A stretch of DNA of 64,000 bases from Actinomycetota bacterium (GTDB taxonomy: Bacteria; Actinomycetota; Actinomycetes; Actinomycetales; Microbacteriaceae). This document shows, in pieces, positions 50,549 through 60,044 of the stretch (the stretch's first letter is position 1; every line of letters starts with the position of its first letter). The notes under the pieces were generated by a model. The model was not told where the DNA came from and made no database searches. It saw only the letters and a list, made by a program, of their open reading frames with translations. The DNA lies in NCBI GenBank assembly GCA_041178805.1, contig JBEGUQ010000001.1, forward strand, positions 3,664 to 67,663. Reading direction: 5' to 3'. Made by a program: the position numbers and the translations under genes.

Positions 50549-52207
50549 CTAGAGCTTAATCCAGGCAACCTGGTCGTGCTCTAGCACCTCCTCGATAGTT
50601 AGGTCGTGCTGAGTGGTTGCAAGCAGCTCACCCTTTGGAAGCGAGATTGCACTTCCGGTGAAGTTAGCCAGCACCAAGACGCCATTGTTGATGTAAGCGA
50701 GTGAGTTTTCACCAGCGTATTCATCAGCCCAGGTGAGAGATCCGTGGCCAAGCTTGTGGTCTTTGCGAACCTTGATCAAGCGCTTGTAAAGCTCGAGGGT
50801 CGAACCGGCAACACCGCGCTGCGATGCACGAGCGTAGATCTTGTAGTTCGAAGGCTGTGGCAACCAAGCCTCGCCAGTGGTGTTGAATCCAAGCGCAGGA
50901 GCGTCTGCCTCCCAAGGAATTGGAACTCGGCAACCATCACGGCCAACGCGCTCACCTTGGGTGCGGAAGTAGGTCGGGTCTTGACGGTACTTACCCTCCA
51001 GGGTGGTGTGCTCTGGAAGTCCAAGCTCTTCACCCTGGTAGATGTATGCGCCACCTGGAAGACCAAGCATGAATGCACTGGCTGCACGAGCCACACGCTG
51101 ACCGCGAGCCTCATCTGGCTGCGGGTAGTCAGGGCCGATTCCATCGCCCTGCTTTGGAACCTCGTCATAAGCCATGCGGGTTACGTGGCGAATTGTGTCG
51201 TGGTTAGAAAGTACCCAGGTGCTTGGAGCGCCCACACCACCGAAGGAAGCGAGCGACTCGTCAACAACTTCACGAAGCTCGTCCTTGTCCCATGGGCAGG
51301 CAAGGTAACCAAAGTTGAAGGTCTGGTGATATTCGCCAGGTCTAACCCACTGCGCCATCTTTGGAATGGTGGAAAGCCAAGCCTCGCCGCACATCGCACG
51401 GTCTTGGTATTCATCAAGAACCTTGCGGAATTTCTTGTTGATTTCGTGAACACCGGGCTGGCCCCAGAAAGGGTGCTGGTAATCCTTGAGCTCATCGCTG
51501 ATGCCGGTCATGGTCGAGTTGTTCTCAACCACATCTGGCAGGCCAGGTTCTTTTACCAAGCCGTGAGCCACGTCAATGCGGAAACCGGCAACGCCGCGGT
51601 CTAGCCAAAAACGAAGAATGGATTCGAACTCTTCGATGACCTTTGGGTTGTCCCAGTCAAAGTCTGGCTGCGAAGAATCGAAGATGTGCAGGTACCACTG
51701 ACCATCTTCGATCTGGGTCCAAGCAGGACCTCCGAATACCGACTCCCAGTTGTTTGGAGGAAGCTCACCGTTCTTACCCTTGCCGTCGCGGAACATGTAC
51801 ATGTCTCGCTCTTTTGAACCCTTGCCAGCCTTCAGGGCGGCTTGGAAAAGTGGGTGCTGGTCTGAGGAGTGGTTTGGAACAAGGTCAACAATTACGCGGA
51901 TACCCATTGCGGTGGCTTTGGCCAACATGGCATCAAAATCGGCAAGGGTTCCAAATAGCGGGTCGATGTCCTTGTAGTCGGAAACGTCGTAACCAGCGTC
52001 CTTCTGCGGGGACTTGAAAAATGGTGAGAACCAAACGGCGTCAATGCCCAGTTCCTGCAGCTCACCCATGCGCTGGGTAATGCCCTGTAGGTCACCGATA
52101 CCATCACCATCACCATCCGCGAAGGATCGTGGGTAGATCTGGTAGATGACGGCAGAGCGCCACCACTCTTTACCTGGGGCAGATGGAACTAGCAAGTTTT
52201 CAGACAT
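50549..52207 (-). CDS. GH13 alpha-glucosidase (tandem paralog)
   Basis: YQIYPRSF, DLVPNH, GFRIDVAH, GEAW, SNHD; TAAGCT box 7 nt before ATG 52207. Confidence 0.93.
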   Translation of the reverse strand: MSENLLVPSAPGKEWWRSAVIYQIYPRSFADGDGDGIGDLQGITQRMGELQELGIDAVWFSPFFKSPQKDAGYDVSDYKDIDPLFGTLADFDAMLAKATAMGIRVIVDLVPNHSSDQHPLFQAALKAGKGSKERDMYMFRDGKGKNGELPPNNWESVFGGPAWTQIEDGQWYLHIFDSSQPDFDWDNPKVIEEFESILRFWLDRGVAGFRIDVAHGLVKEPGLPDVVENNSTMTGISDELKDYQHPFWGQPGVHEINKKFRKVLDEYQDRAMCGEAWLSTIPKMAQWVRPGEYHQTFNFGYLACPWDKDELREVVDESLASFGGVGAPSTWVLSNHDTIRHVTRMAYDEVPKQGDGIGPDYPQPDEARGQRVARAASAFMLGLPGGAYIYQGEELGLPEHTTLEGKYRQDPTYFRTQGERVGRDGCRVPIPWEADAPALGFNTTGEAWLPQPSNYKIYARASQRGVAGSTLELYKRLIKVRKDHKLGHGSLTWADEYAGENSLAYINNGVLVLANFTGSAISLPKGELLATTQHDLTIEEVLEHDQVAWIKL

Positions 52208-52271
52208 AGTCAGAAGCTTATGACCTAGATTCACGCTGTTCTAGAGCCCTTAGAGCGAGTCGCAATAAGTC

Positions 52272-52384
52272 TGTAAACGATTACAGTTGCCACGCCACTG
52301 GCTTGTAAGCGTTTTCAACTAATTGCCAATAGTTCCCTAAAAATGGGGCCTGTTATGAACTTGTTATTTATGTAAGCGTTTGCA
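52272..52384. promoter_or_regulatory. Three LacI-type operator candidates in the GH13/malE divergent region
   Basis: TGTAAACGATTACA (52272), TGTAAGCGTTTTCA (52304), TGTAAGCGTTTGCA (52371). Confidence 0.75.
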
Positions 52385-52463
52385 GATTTGACCGCTTCGT
52401 TTACCCAGAGTTCACTAGTAGATGTTTGCAGTCCTGCAAATTCTTTTTTACGAAAGGTAACCA

Positions 52464-53705
52464 ATGAAGTTCACCTCACGTGGTTTTAAGGCTGCAGCTG
52501 CAGTCATTGCCACCGCATCACTACTAGGTGCAGGTCTTCTACCAGCTCAGGCTGCTCCAAAGACCATCACCGTTTGGGCAGACGAGACTCGCGGCCCACA
52601 GCTAAAGAGCCTGATCGATGGAAACACTTCCATCGCACCGGGATACGTCATCAAGGTTAAGTTCTTTGCATCTCTAACCGCTCTACAGAGCGCTTGGGAC
52701 AAGGCAACTGCCGCTGGTGGTCCAGATGTTCTAACCGGTCCAGCATCTTTCAACGCTGCTGCTAAGAGCGGTAAGGTTCTTCCACTTCTTTACTCGAAGG
52801 TCGCACAGAGCGAGATCCCATCCGGCGCAAAGCAGGCATTGTCATACAAGGGTCGCACCTACGGTGTGCCTCTAGACGTTGACACCACCGCTATGTACTT
52901 CAACACCGCATTCGGTGCATCAGCTCCAGCAACCATCGACGCAATGTACGAGCTATACAAGACCCAGAAGGCAGCCGGCAAGGTTACCGGTGGTATCTGT
53001 GCATTCGACGGTACTTGGGGTGCTCACCCAGTCATCACCGCACTTGGTGGTGGAGCTTACGGCTTCACTAGCAACAACCCAGATGCAAGCAAGGTTCTAA
53101 TCAACAGCTCTGCCTTCAAGGCAAACGTTAAGAAGTACCTAGTTGGTTCTGACGGCAAGTCAACCGGCTTCCTAAAGTGGGATGGCTGTGCAGACGAGTT
53201 CAAGGCTGGCAAGATGCTTGCTGCTAACACTGGTGCTTGGAACCTAGACGGCATCACCAACGCTGGTATCAAGTTCACCTTGGGCCCAGTTCCTGGCCTA
53301 ACCGCTAAGTCAAAGGGTGCACAGTGGGTTAACTACTCTGGCGCTTGGGTTACCTCTTACGCTCGCACCCACGGTGTTGAGCTAGGTGCCAAGAAGCTAG
53401 TTGTTGACTGGATGGCATCCTCTGCTGGTCAGCTACAGATGTACGCTGCCGGCGACCGCCCACCAGCCAACACCAAGGCAGCAGCCGCAGTGAAGAACGC
53501 CAGCACCAAGGGCTTCGCAACCGCAGCTGGTACCGGTGTTCCTCAGTTCAGCGCATGGTTGGACGACAAGACCGGTGGCTCTAACTGGTACGACACTCTA
53601 GGTTCAACTTTGACCAACATGTTGGTTAAGGGTGACAACGTCGACACCACCTTGGATGCAGCCGCAGCGATTCTGAAGAAGAACTTCGCTAACGCATCTA
53701 AGTAA
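52464..53705 (+). CDS. malE: Maltose/maltodextrin ABC transporter substrate-binding protein
   Basis: SBP family-1 motifs (ITVWAD, GPDV, YGVP, GAWN); context with GH13 genes and permeases. Confidence 0.8.
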   Translation: MKFTSRGFKAAAAVIATASLLGAGLLPAQAAPKTITVWADETRGPQLKSLIDGNTSIAPGYVIKVKFFASLTALQSAWDKATAAGGPDVLTGPASFNAAAKSGKVLPLLYSKVAQSEIPSGAKQALSYKGRTYGVPLDVDTTAMYFNTAFGASAPATIDAMYELYKTQKAAGKVTGGICAFDGTWGAHPVITALGGGAYGFTSNNPDASKVLINSSAFKANVKKYLVGSDGKSTGFLKWDGCADEFKAGKMLAANTGAWNLDGITNAGIKFTLGPVPGLTAKSKGAQWVNYSGAWVTSYARTHGVELGAKKLVVDWMASSAGQLQMYAAGDRPPANTKAAAAVKNASTKGFATAAGTGVPQFSAWLDDKTGGSNWYDTLGSTLTNMLVKGDNVDTTLDAAAAILKKNFANASK

Positions 53706-53719
53706 GCACTAACCAATTG

Positions 53720-53764
53720 AAGGTGTGGGGGCTGGCTCCTTAGGGAACCAGCCCCCATCACTTT
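53720..53764 (+). terminator. Intercistronic hairpin after malE
   Basis: TGGGGGCTGG...CCAGCCCCCA stem. Confidence 0.65.
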
Positions 53765-53778
53765 GGGAGCAATAAAAA

Positions 53779-55332
53779 ATGGCAAAGAAAAAGCAAGATT
53801 CACAGCCGGTAAGGCTGGGACCGCTGGTGATCAAGATCATCATCATGTCGCTGTTCGCATCCGGACTCGGATACATGATGTACGTTGCTTTCCTTGCCGG
53901 TGAGAATCTGATCGGTGGCGTTTTAGCCCTGATCCTGATCGCATCATTTGTGGTCTACAGCTCAAAGGGCCTTGTGCCACTGAAGTTCCTACTCCCGGGA
54001 ATAGTCCTGCTCGCCATCTTTGTGGTGACGCCAATTTTGTACACGGTTCTGATGTCTGGGTTTGTTTACAAGACCGGAAATGAAATCACCCGGGAACAAG
54101 CTCTAACTCAGATCTATGAAACCGGATATGTTCCGGATGAAAACTTCACCGCCTTCTACATGACCCTGGGTCGTTACGAAGGCGAAGTCTCGGCACTATT
54201 GACCGAGCAGATGACCATGACTCCTTATCTTGGAGCAAAGGGAACCGCAACCATTTTGGAATCCAGCCAGGTTGAACTGGATGAATACGGCACCGCCATT
54301 GGACTCGAAGGATTTGAGCCAATCAGCTTCGACGAAGCGGCGACCCTTGAGGCAGAAATTATTGACCTCCGCTTTGACATGGGCGAGGGTAAATTCATTC
54401 GCCCAGAGTCCTTGGATGCAGCACTTTTGATGATTCAAGCATTCCGCTTGGACTCCGCAACGGGTGAACTTTATGACTCGGTAAACGACATCACCTATGT
54501 CGATAACGGCGAGGGAAACTTTGTAAACAAGGCCAATCCTGAAGAGAAGCTTTTCCCAGGTTGGCGAGCATTCAGCCCGCTTGAGAACTATGTCGGTTTG
54601 CTTACCGACCCGGTAATCCGTGGGCCGTTTATCAACGTCTTTATCTGGACCTTCTCATTCGCTCTAATCACCGTGGTGACGATGTTTGCGGCAGGCCTGG
54701 CGCTTGCAATTGCAATGGACAAGCCGCTTCGATTCAAGCGCTTCTACAAGTCGATTTTGATCTTGCCTTACGCAATTCCAAGCTTCATGTCGATCCTGAT
54801 TTGGAACGGTATGTTCAACCGCGACTTCGGTGCGGTGAATCAGGTTCTCGGTGCGGAGATTGACTGGTACAACGATGCGACCTTGGCCAAGCTGGTGATC
54901 TTGATTGTGAACCTATGGCTTGGTTTCCCGTACTTCTACCTAATCTCCTCAGGCGCTCTGCAGGCACTGCCTAGCGAGCTGGAAGAAGCAGCTGCAATCG
55001 ATGGAGCAAGTCCGGCTCAGATCATGGCGAGAATCAAGTTGCCGCTACTGCTGCAGATTCTGTCGCCACTATTGATCGCCTCTTTCGCATTCAACTTCAA
55101 CAACTTCAACATTGTTTATCTGCTGACAAACGGTGGACCTATCAATGTTTTGGCCGGTGAGACGGCCGGTGCGACAGACATCTTGATTACCTACGCCTAC
55201 AAGACCGCGTTTGGTTCTGCCGAGCAGAACCTTGGCTTGGCATCGGCAATCAGCGTGATCATGTTCTTTATCGTTGGTGGACTATCGCTGTGGAGCCTAA
55301 GACGCTCCAAGGTATTGGAATCGGTGATTTAA
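53779..55332 (+). CDS. malF: Maltose ABC transporter permease with large extracellular loop
   Basis: ILPYAIP, NLWLGFPY, EAAAIDGA, FAFNFNNF. Confidence 0.9.
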   Translation: MAKKKQDSQPVRLGPLVIKIIIMSLFASGLGYMMYVAFLAGENLIGGVLALILIASFVVYSSKGLVPLKFLLPGIVLLAIFVVTPILYTVLMSGFVYKTGNEITREQALTQIYETGYVPDENFTAFYMTLGRYEGEVSALLTEQMTMTPYLGAKGTATILESSQVELDEYGTAIGLEGFEPISFDEAATLEAEIIDLRFDMGEGKFIRPESLDAALLMIQAFRLDSATGELYDSVNDITYVDNGEGNFVNKANPEEKLFPGWRAFSPLENYVGLLTDPVIRGPFINVFIWTFSFALITVVTMFAAGLALAIAMDKPLRFKRFYKSILILPYAIPSFMSILIWNGMFNRDFGAVNQVLGAEIDWYNDATLAKLVILIVNLWLGFPYFYLISSGALQALPSELEEAAAIDGASPAQIMARIKLPLLLQILSPLLIASFAFNFNNFNIVYLLTNGGPINVLAGETAGATDILITYAYKTAFGSAEQNLGLASAISVIMFFIVGGLSLWSLRRSKVLESVI

Positions 55333-56187
55333 ATGAAGCGCACAAACCTGAGATCTTCCGCTTGGCGCCACATCTACGCCTGGGCATTGATCTTGTTTTC
55401 GATCTTCCCTATCTACGTGGTGATCATCAGTTCGTTCGACCCAACCGGTGGTCTAGCCTCTTCAAGCCTTTTGCCACAGCGCTTCAGCTGGGTGAACTAC
55501 GAGACGCTATTTACCTCACCAACGATTCCGTTCATGACCTGGATCTGGAACTCTTCGTATCTAGCTGCGCTAAACGCAGTGCTATCGATTGTCGTAGGTG
55601 CATTCTCAGCCTTTGCTTTCTCCAGGCTTCGCTTCAGGGGTCGCAAGATTGGTCTGCAGACCCTGCTTTTGATTCAGGTGTTCCCTGCGTTTTTGGCCCT
55701 TGCTGCCATCTACGTGATGATGGAGCGCATCTACACAATCTTCCCTGCCATCGGCCTTGGAAGCCATGGTGGATTGCTTCTTATTTACCTCGGTGGATCC
55801 ATGGGTGTAAACGCCTGGTTGCTGAAGGGCTTTATCGACTCCATTCCGATGGAATTGGATGAGGCAGCAAAGATTGATGGCGCTACGCCATTCCAGATCT
55901 TCTGGCAGATTTTCGTACCGCTATCTGCTCCGGTTCTAGCGGTTACGGCTCTGCTCTCCTTCATCGGAACCTTCAACGAGTTCGTGCTAGCAAGCTTGTT
56001 CCTGCAGGACGTAAACCTAAGAACTGTTGCCGTTGGTTTGCAATCCTTCGTTGGTGCACAATTCGGTGCCAACTGGGGACCGTTTGCCGCAGGCTCGATC
56101 CTGGCTTCTGTGCCACTGGTTGCACTGTTCCTATTTGCTCAGCGCTACATCATCGGTGGTCTAGTTTCTGGTTCCGTGAAGGGCTAA
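55333..56187 (+). CDS. malG: Maltose ABC transporter permease
   Basis: FSRLRFRGR, DEAAKIDGA, GSVKG. Confidence 0.92.
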   Translation: MKRTNLRSSAWRHIYAWALILFSIFPIYVVIISSFDPTGGLASSSLLPQRFSWVNYETLFTSPTIPFMTWIWNSSYLAALNAVLSIVVGAFSAFAFSRLRFRGRKIGLQTLLLIQVFPAFLALAAIYVMMERIYTIFPAIGLGSHGGLLLIYLGGSMGVNAWLLKGFIDSIPMELDEAAKIDGATPFQIFWQIFVPLSAPVLAVTALLSFIGTFNEFVLASLFLQDVNLRTVAVGLQSFVGAQFGANWGPFAAGSILASVPLVALFLFAQRYIIGGLVSGSVKG

Positions 56188-56195
56188 CGGCCTAG

Positions 56196-57413
56196 TTGGC
56201 GCATTACCTGCGATTATTGAGTCCTAGGAACTTGGGGTCAAAATTGCGTATCTTGGTTGGACTTGCCACCGTATTAGCCTTAGCGGGCTGTGCTTCCGCG
56301 TCCCCATCCACAACCCCATCACCGACCGAGGCAGCCCCGAGCACGGGAGTCACGGTTCAGGTTTGGATCGATGAGGAACTGAGCGAGAGTTTTGCTGTGT
56401 TTGCCGAGCAATTCAAAAAAGACACTGGCAACAACCTTGAGATTGTCGTTAAAGATTTCTACGCACTGGAGACCGAGTTCCCTGCGAATGCTCCAAAAGG
56501 CCCGGACCTGGTAGTTGGTTCCAACGAATGGGTTTCCACTTGGGCGGCAAGCGGTGCTATTTCGCGGGTCCCGCTTTACTCACTAGAACCTTTTGATTCG
56601 GTATCTCAAGTGTTCGTAAGGTCAGCAGTCAACTACGGCCTGCCCTACGCGACCGAGAACGCAGCACTTATCTGCAATGCCGACCGAGTCGGCAGTGCGC
56701 CGAATAACTGGGAAGACCTAATTGCTAAGAAGGTAAAACTCCCTATCAACCCAGGCGGCGACCCTTATCTGATGCAGGCTGTTCAGTCGTCCTTCGGAGT
56801 AGAGCTATTCCAAAAGTCAGATACCGGTGAGTATGGAACCGAGCTTTCACTTGCTGGTGAACCGGGGTTGAAGTTCGCAACCTGGCTCAGGGGTAACTCG
56901 GTAGATTTCCCACAGCTTGATTACTCTGCCGCGACTGAGTTCTTTGCAACTGAGCAGACACCATGTTGGTACACCGGAATGTGGTCACTACCTGCCATCA
57001 AAGAGCGCGTGAGCTTCAATTTGACGGCCCACCCGATGCCTTCGGCTGGTGGAGAAATCGCAGCACCATTTGGGGCATCAAGGGCATTTTTCCTAAACAG
57101 CAGTTCTCAACATCCAGATCAGGCGAGCGCCCTATTAGAGCTTTTGGCCTCCGACTCCGCGCAGCAGTTGATTTATGAAACTACCGGCCGCCAGCCGGTC
57201 ACCGATGCCTTTGCGGGTGAGGTCCAAGATGCGGTGATGCGTGGATTTATGGAAGCTTCGAAGTCAAGCGTTGGCATCCCAGACGCCGCACTTATGCAGC
57301 ACGTTTGGGGTCCGCTCGGCATTGCCCAAGTCAAACTGCTTGGAGCCGCTGAAGAGCCAAAAGACATTTGGAATGCGATGACAGCCGAAATCTCAACCAA
57401 GTTGGGGAACTAA
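56196..57413 (+). CDS. Second sugar ABC substrate-binding lipoprotein (MalE-like)
   Basis: LAGC lipobox, GPDL, YGLPYATEN; start uncertain. Confidence 0.82.
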   Translation: MAHYLRLLSPRNLGSKLRILVGLATVLALAGCASASPSTTPSPTEAAPSTGVTVQVWIDEELSESFAVFAEQFKKDTGNNLEIVVKDFYALETEFPANAPKGPDLVVGSNEWVSTWAASGAISRVPLYSLEPFDSVSQVFVRSAVNYGLPYATENAALICNADRVGSAPNNWEDLIAKKVKLPINPGGDPYLMQAVQSSFGVELFQKSDTGEYGTELSLAGEPGLKFATWLRGNSVDFPQLDYSAATEFFATEQTPCWYTGMWSLPAIKERVSFNLTAHPMPSAGGEIAAPFGASRAFFLNSSSQHPDQASALLELLASDSAQQLIYETTGRQPVTDAFAGEVQDAVMRGFMEASKSSVGIPDAALMQHVWGPLGIAQVKLLGAAEEPKDIWNAMTAEISTKLGN

Positions 57414-59269
57414 TGGCTATCAAGAACCTGCACCTTGCCCTTTTGCCACACCACGATGGCTCAGCGCTCTATGTGTCACCGGCAAGGCCAGAACTTGAAG
57501 GCAAAGTAAAGCTCAAAATCAGAGTTCACCAGTCGGCCGGTCCGCTGAAGCGAATCCTGATTCGTCAGAGCGACTCTGGTGAAGGCTTCTTCACGCCACC
57601 GTTGAAAAAGCTCAACTCTCGCCGCGGATGGGACTGGTTTGAGGGTTCGATCACGATGTATAACCCTGAGATTCACTACCGCTTTTTCATTGAGTTCGAA
57701 TCCGGTGACAGTTACTGGCTAAACGGAGTTGGACTTAGCGAACTTGATCAACCAGACCGTGATGACTTCAAGGTCAACACCTATCGCCGACCACCTAGTT
57801 GGGCAACCGGCAGCGTGCTCTACCAAGTGTTCCCAGACCGCTTTGCAAAGGGTGCTAAAGCATTCAAAAGAGAACTCCCTGAATGGGCAATTCCGCAGAA
57901 TTGGGAAGACGAAGTTATCGGTCACGGACCAGGAGTCTCAGAGCAGTTTTTTGGCGGTGACCTAAAAGGTATCGAAGAGCACTTGGATCACCTCAAAAAA
58001 CTAGGTGTCACGATTTTGTATCTGACACCGTTCTTCCCGGCTGGTTCGAACCACCGCTACGACTCGGCGAACTTTGACACCGTTGACCCACTGCTCGGTG
58101 GCGATGCAGCCATGAAGTCACTGGTTGCCAAGGCCCACGATCTGGGCTTGAAAGTAATGGGCGATCTAACGGCAAACCACTCAGGAGATAAGCACGAATG
58201 GTTCCTGGCAGCCTTTGGGAATCCAAAGGCTTCAGAGAGCGAGTTTTACTACTTCCAAGCTGGCAACACGAAGTATGACTCGTGGTGGGGAGTGCCTTCG
58301 CTCCCTAAGTTGAATTGGGCGAGCGCAGAACTTCGCCGCAGATTCATCGAAGGCAAAGACTCGGTAGTTGCCAAGTGGCTCAAGGCACCTTTCAAGCTCG
58401 ATGGCTGGCGTATCGACGTGGCCAATATGACCGGCTGGATTCGTGAGGATGACTACAACCGTGAGGTAGCGCAAACCATTCGAAAGACCATGAACGAGGT
58501 CTCCGAAGAGACTTTCTTGATTGGCGAGTTCACCTCAGATGCGGCCGAACTGGTTGAGGGTGACAGCTATCAATCCACCATGACCTACGCAAATTTCACC
58601 CGCCCAACCTGGCGCTGGCTGGCTGATACCAAGCAGACCCGAGAAGAAAATCAATTAGGGCCTGGAAGACGTGGCATCTCAGCTTCGCAGTTTGTTGAAC
58701 TACACCAGAGATTTGCTGGCACCTTCCCTTGGCAGTTGCGCATGCACAACCTAAATGCTCTCGACACTCATGACACCGGCAGGTTTAAAACCTTTGCGCT
58801 GGAAGGTGCTCAGCAGGTGGCAGCCGGACTGCAATTCACCTTCCCGGGCATTCCAATGATCTTTGCCGGAGACGAGTTTGGTCTTGATGGTTACAACGGT
58901 GAAAGCTCAAGAACTCCAATTCCATGGGACGGTGAGCGACCAAGCGATACCAGCATGATCGAGGTTTACGCCAAACTGGCAAAGATCCGTAAAGCTAATA
59001 AAGCCCTGGTCGATGGTTCGCTTCGTTTCCTCTACAGCTCCGATGAGGCCATGGTTTTTGTTCGTGAAAACCAAACCGAATCAATCCTGGTTATCGCATC
59101 CCGCGGCAAGGATCGTCACATCGAATTTCCCAAAGATGCGCTGTCTGGGCCAGAGCAGGCGAAGAACATCTATGGGGATGGATCGCTTCGAATTGCCGGG
59201 TCCAAGATTCGCTTTGAAGCTGGAAAACTAGATTTTCAAATTTGGCGTTTGCCTAGCGCCCACCGCTAG
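57413..59269 (+). CDS. GH13 maltodextrin glucosidase/neopullulanase-like enzyme
   Basis: YQVFPDRF, GGDLKGI, SNHRYD, DGWRIDVAN, DTHD; TAATG overlap. Confidence 0.9.
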   Translation: MAIKNLHLALLPHHDGSALYVSPARPELEGKVKLKIRVHQSAGPLKRILIRQSDSGEGFFTPPLKKLNSRRGWDWFEGSITMYNPEIHYRFFIEFESGDSYWLNGVGLSELDQPDRDDFKVNTYRRPPSWATGSVLYQVFPDRFAKGAKAFKRELPEWAIPQNWEDEVIGHGPGVSEQFFGGDLKGIEEHLDHLKKLGVTILYLTPFFPAGSNHRYDSANFDTVDPLLGGDAAMKSLVAKAHDLGLKVMGDLTANHSGDKHEWFLAAFGNPKASESEFYYFQAGNTKYDSWWGVPSLPKLNWASAELRRRFIEGKDSVVAKWLKAPFKLDGWRIDVANMTGWIREDDYNREVAQTIRKTMNEVSEETFLIGEFTSDAAELVEGDSYQSTMTYANFTRPTWRWLADTKQTREENQLGPGRRGISASQFVELHQRFAGTFPWQLRMHNLNALDTHDTGRFKTFALEGAQQVAAGLQFTFPGIPMIFAGDEFGLDGYNGESSRTPIPWDGERPSDTSMIEVYAKLAKIRKANKALVDGSLRFLYSSDEAMVFVRENQTESILVIASRGKDRHIEFPKDALSGPEQAKNIYGDGSLRIAGSKIRFEAGKLDFQIWRLPSAHR

Positions 59270-59302
59270 TGCTAATCTTTTGCGGTTGCCTTTTAGGCTA
59301 AC

Positions 59303-59374
<72 letters not shown>

Positions 59375-59406
59375 CGATCGACAGTGGGTTTCTCGCTGCA
59401 GTTCGA

Positions 59407-59483
59407 GGCTGAGTAGCTCAGTTGGTTAGAGCGCACGACTCATAATCGTGAGGTCGCGGGATCGTGCCCCGCCTCAGCTACCA
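59407..59483 (+). tRNA. tRNA-Met(CAT), probably elongator
   Basis: GGCTGAG/CTCAGCT acceptor stem, CACGA-CTCATAA-TCGTG, encoded CCA; Thr-Met tandem. Confidence 0.92.
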
Positions 59484-59493
59484 CAGCACTAAA

Positions 59494-59515
59494 TGTCACA
59501 GACCCCCTTCATAAT
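59494..59515 (+). promoter_or_regulatory. PafBC-like promoter for the DUF3800-like gene
   Basis: TGTCAC-N10-CATAAT, then 6 nt to ATG 59522 (same geometry as radA); imperfect match. Confidence 0.5.
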
Positions 59516-59521
59516 TCTCAA

Positions 59522-60044
59522 ATGAAGGAATTTTATTGACGAATGCAAGTCCAAGAAATTCACACTTATCGCCGTTTTTGTCGACCTCCCCAGCATTCCA
59601 GAAATTCGTAAAGCCCTAATGAGCCATAGGTTGAAAGGGCAAAGCCGAATTCATTTCGTCGACGAATCCAATTCGAGGCGTAAAGCCATTCTGGCCACCA
59701 TGAGGAAACACGAGTTTCAAACCAAGTTCTTTGTTAGTGACCTTGAACAAGAGGCCCATGCAAGAAAACGTTGCCTTGAAGGTTTGGTTGCAAGCCTGCA
59801 TACCGGAATGAGTTATCAAATCTGGTTAGAGCTTGATGAAAATCACTATGCGCTGGATCGACAGACCATTTCCGCAGCAACTGCAGCTTTGCAAATTGAA
59901 GATTGCGTTGAATTCAGGCATGAGAACTCAAGAAATCAAGCGCTGCTTTGGATACCAGACGCGTTGGGTTGGGTTCGGAACCGCGGTGGGGATTGGGCTC
60001 AGGCACTAGAGAGTTTTCCTCATGATGTCATTAGGCTCGATTAA
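59522..60044 (+). CDS. DUF3800-like (RNase H-like) protein with a +1 frameshift within the first codons (possible pseudogene)
   Basis: Open frame from 59526 reads FIDECK..F.LIAVFV...GQSRIHF.DES..RRK.I...R..CL..LV...LELD....DR...LLWIPDALGW; ATG 59522 is one base out of frame. Confidence 0.65.

Noticed and set aside
50744-51604. 286-aa plus-strand ORF
   Set aside because: Antisense shadow of the GH13 gene with no recognisable motifs; the same applies to the many other overlapping ORFs in the track
52464-59269. Missing ABC ATPase in the maltose operon
   Set aside because: Actinobacterial sugar ABC systems usually share an unlinked MsiK-type ATPase
59619-60044. 141-aa ORF as the full protein
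   Set aside because: Omits the in-frame upstream FIDE motif and beta-strand; the promoter geometry points to ATG 59522
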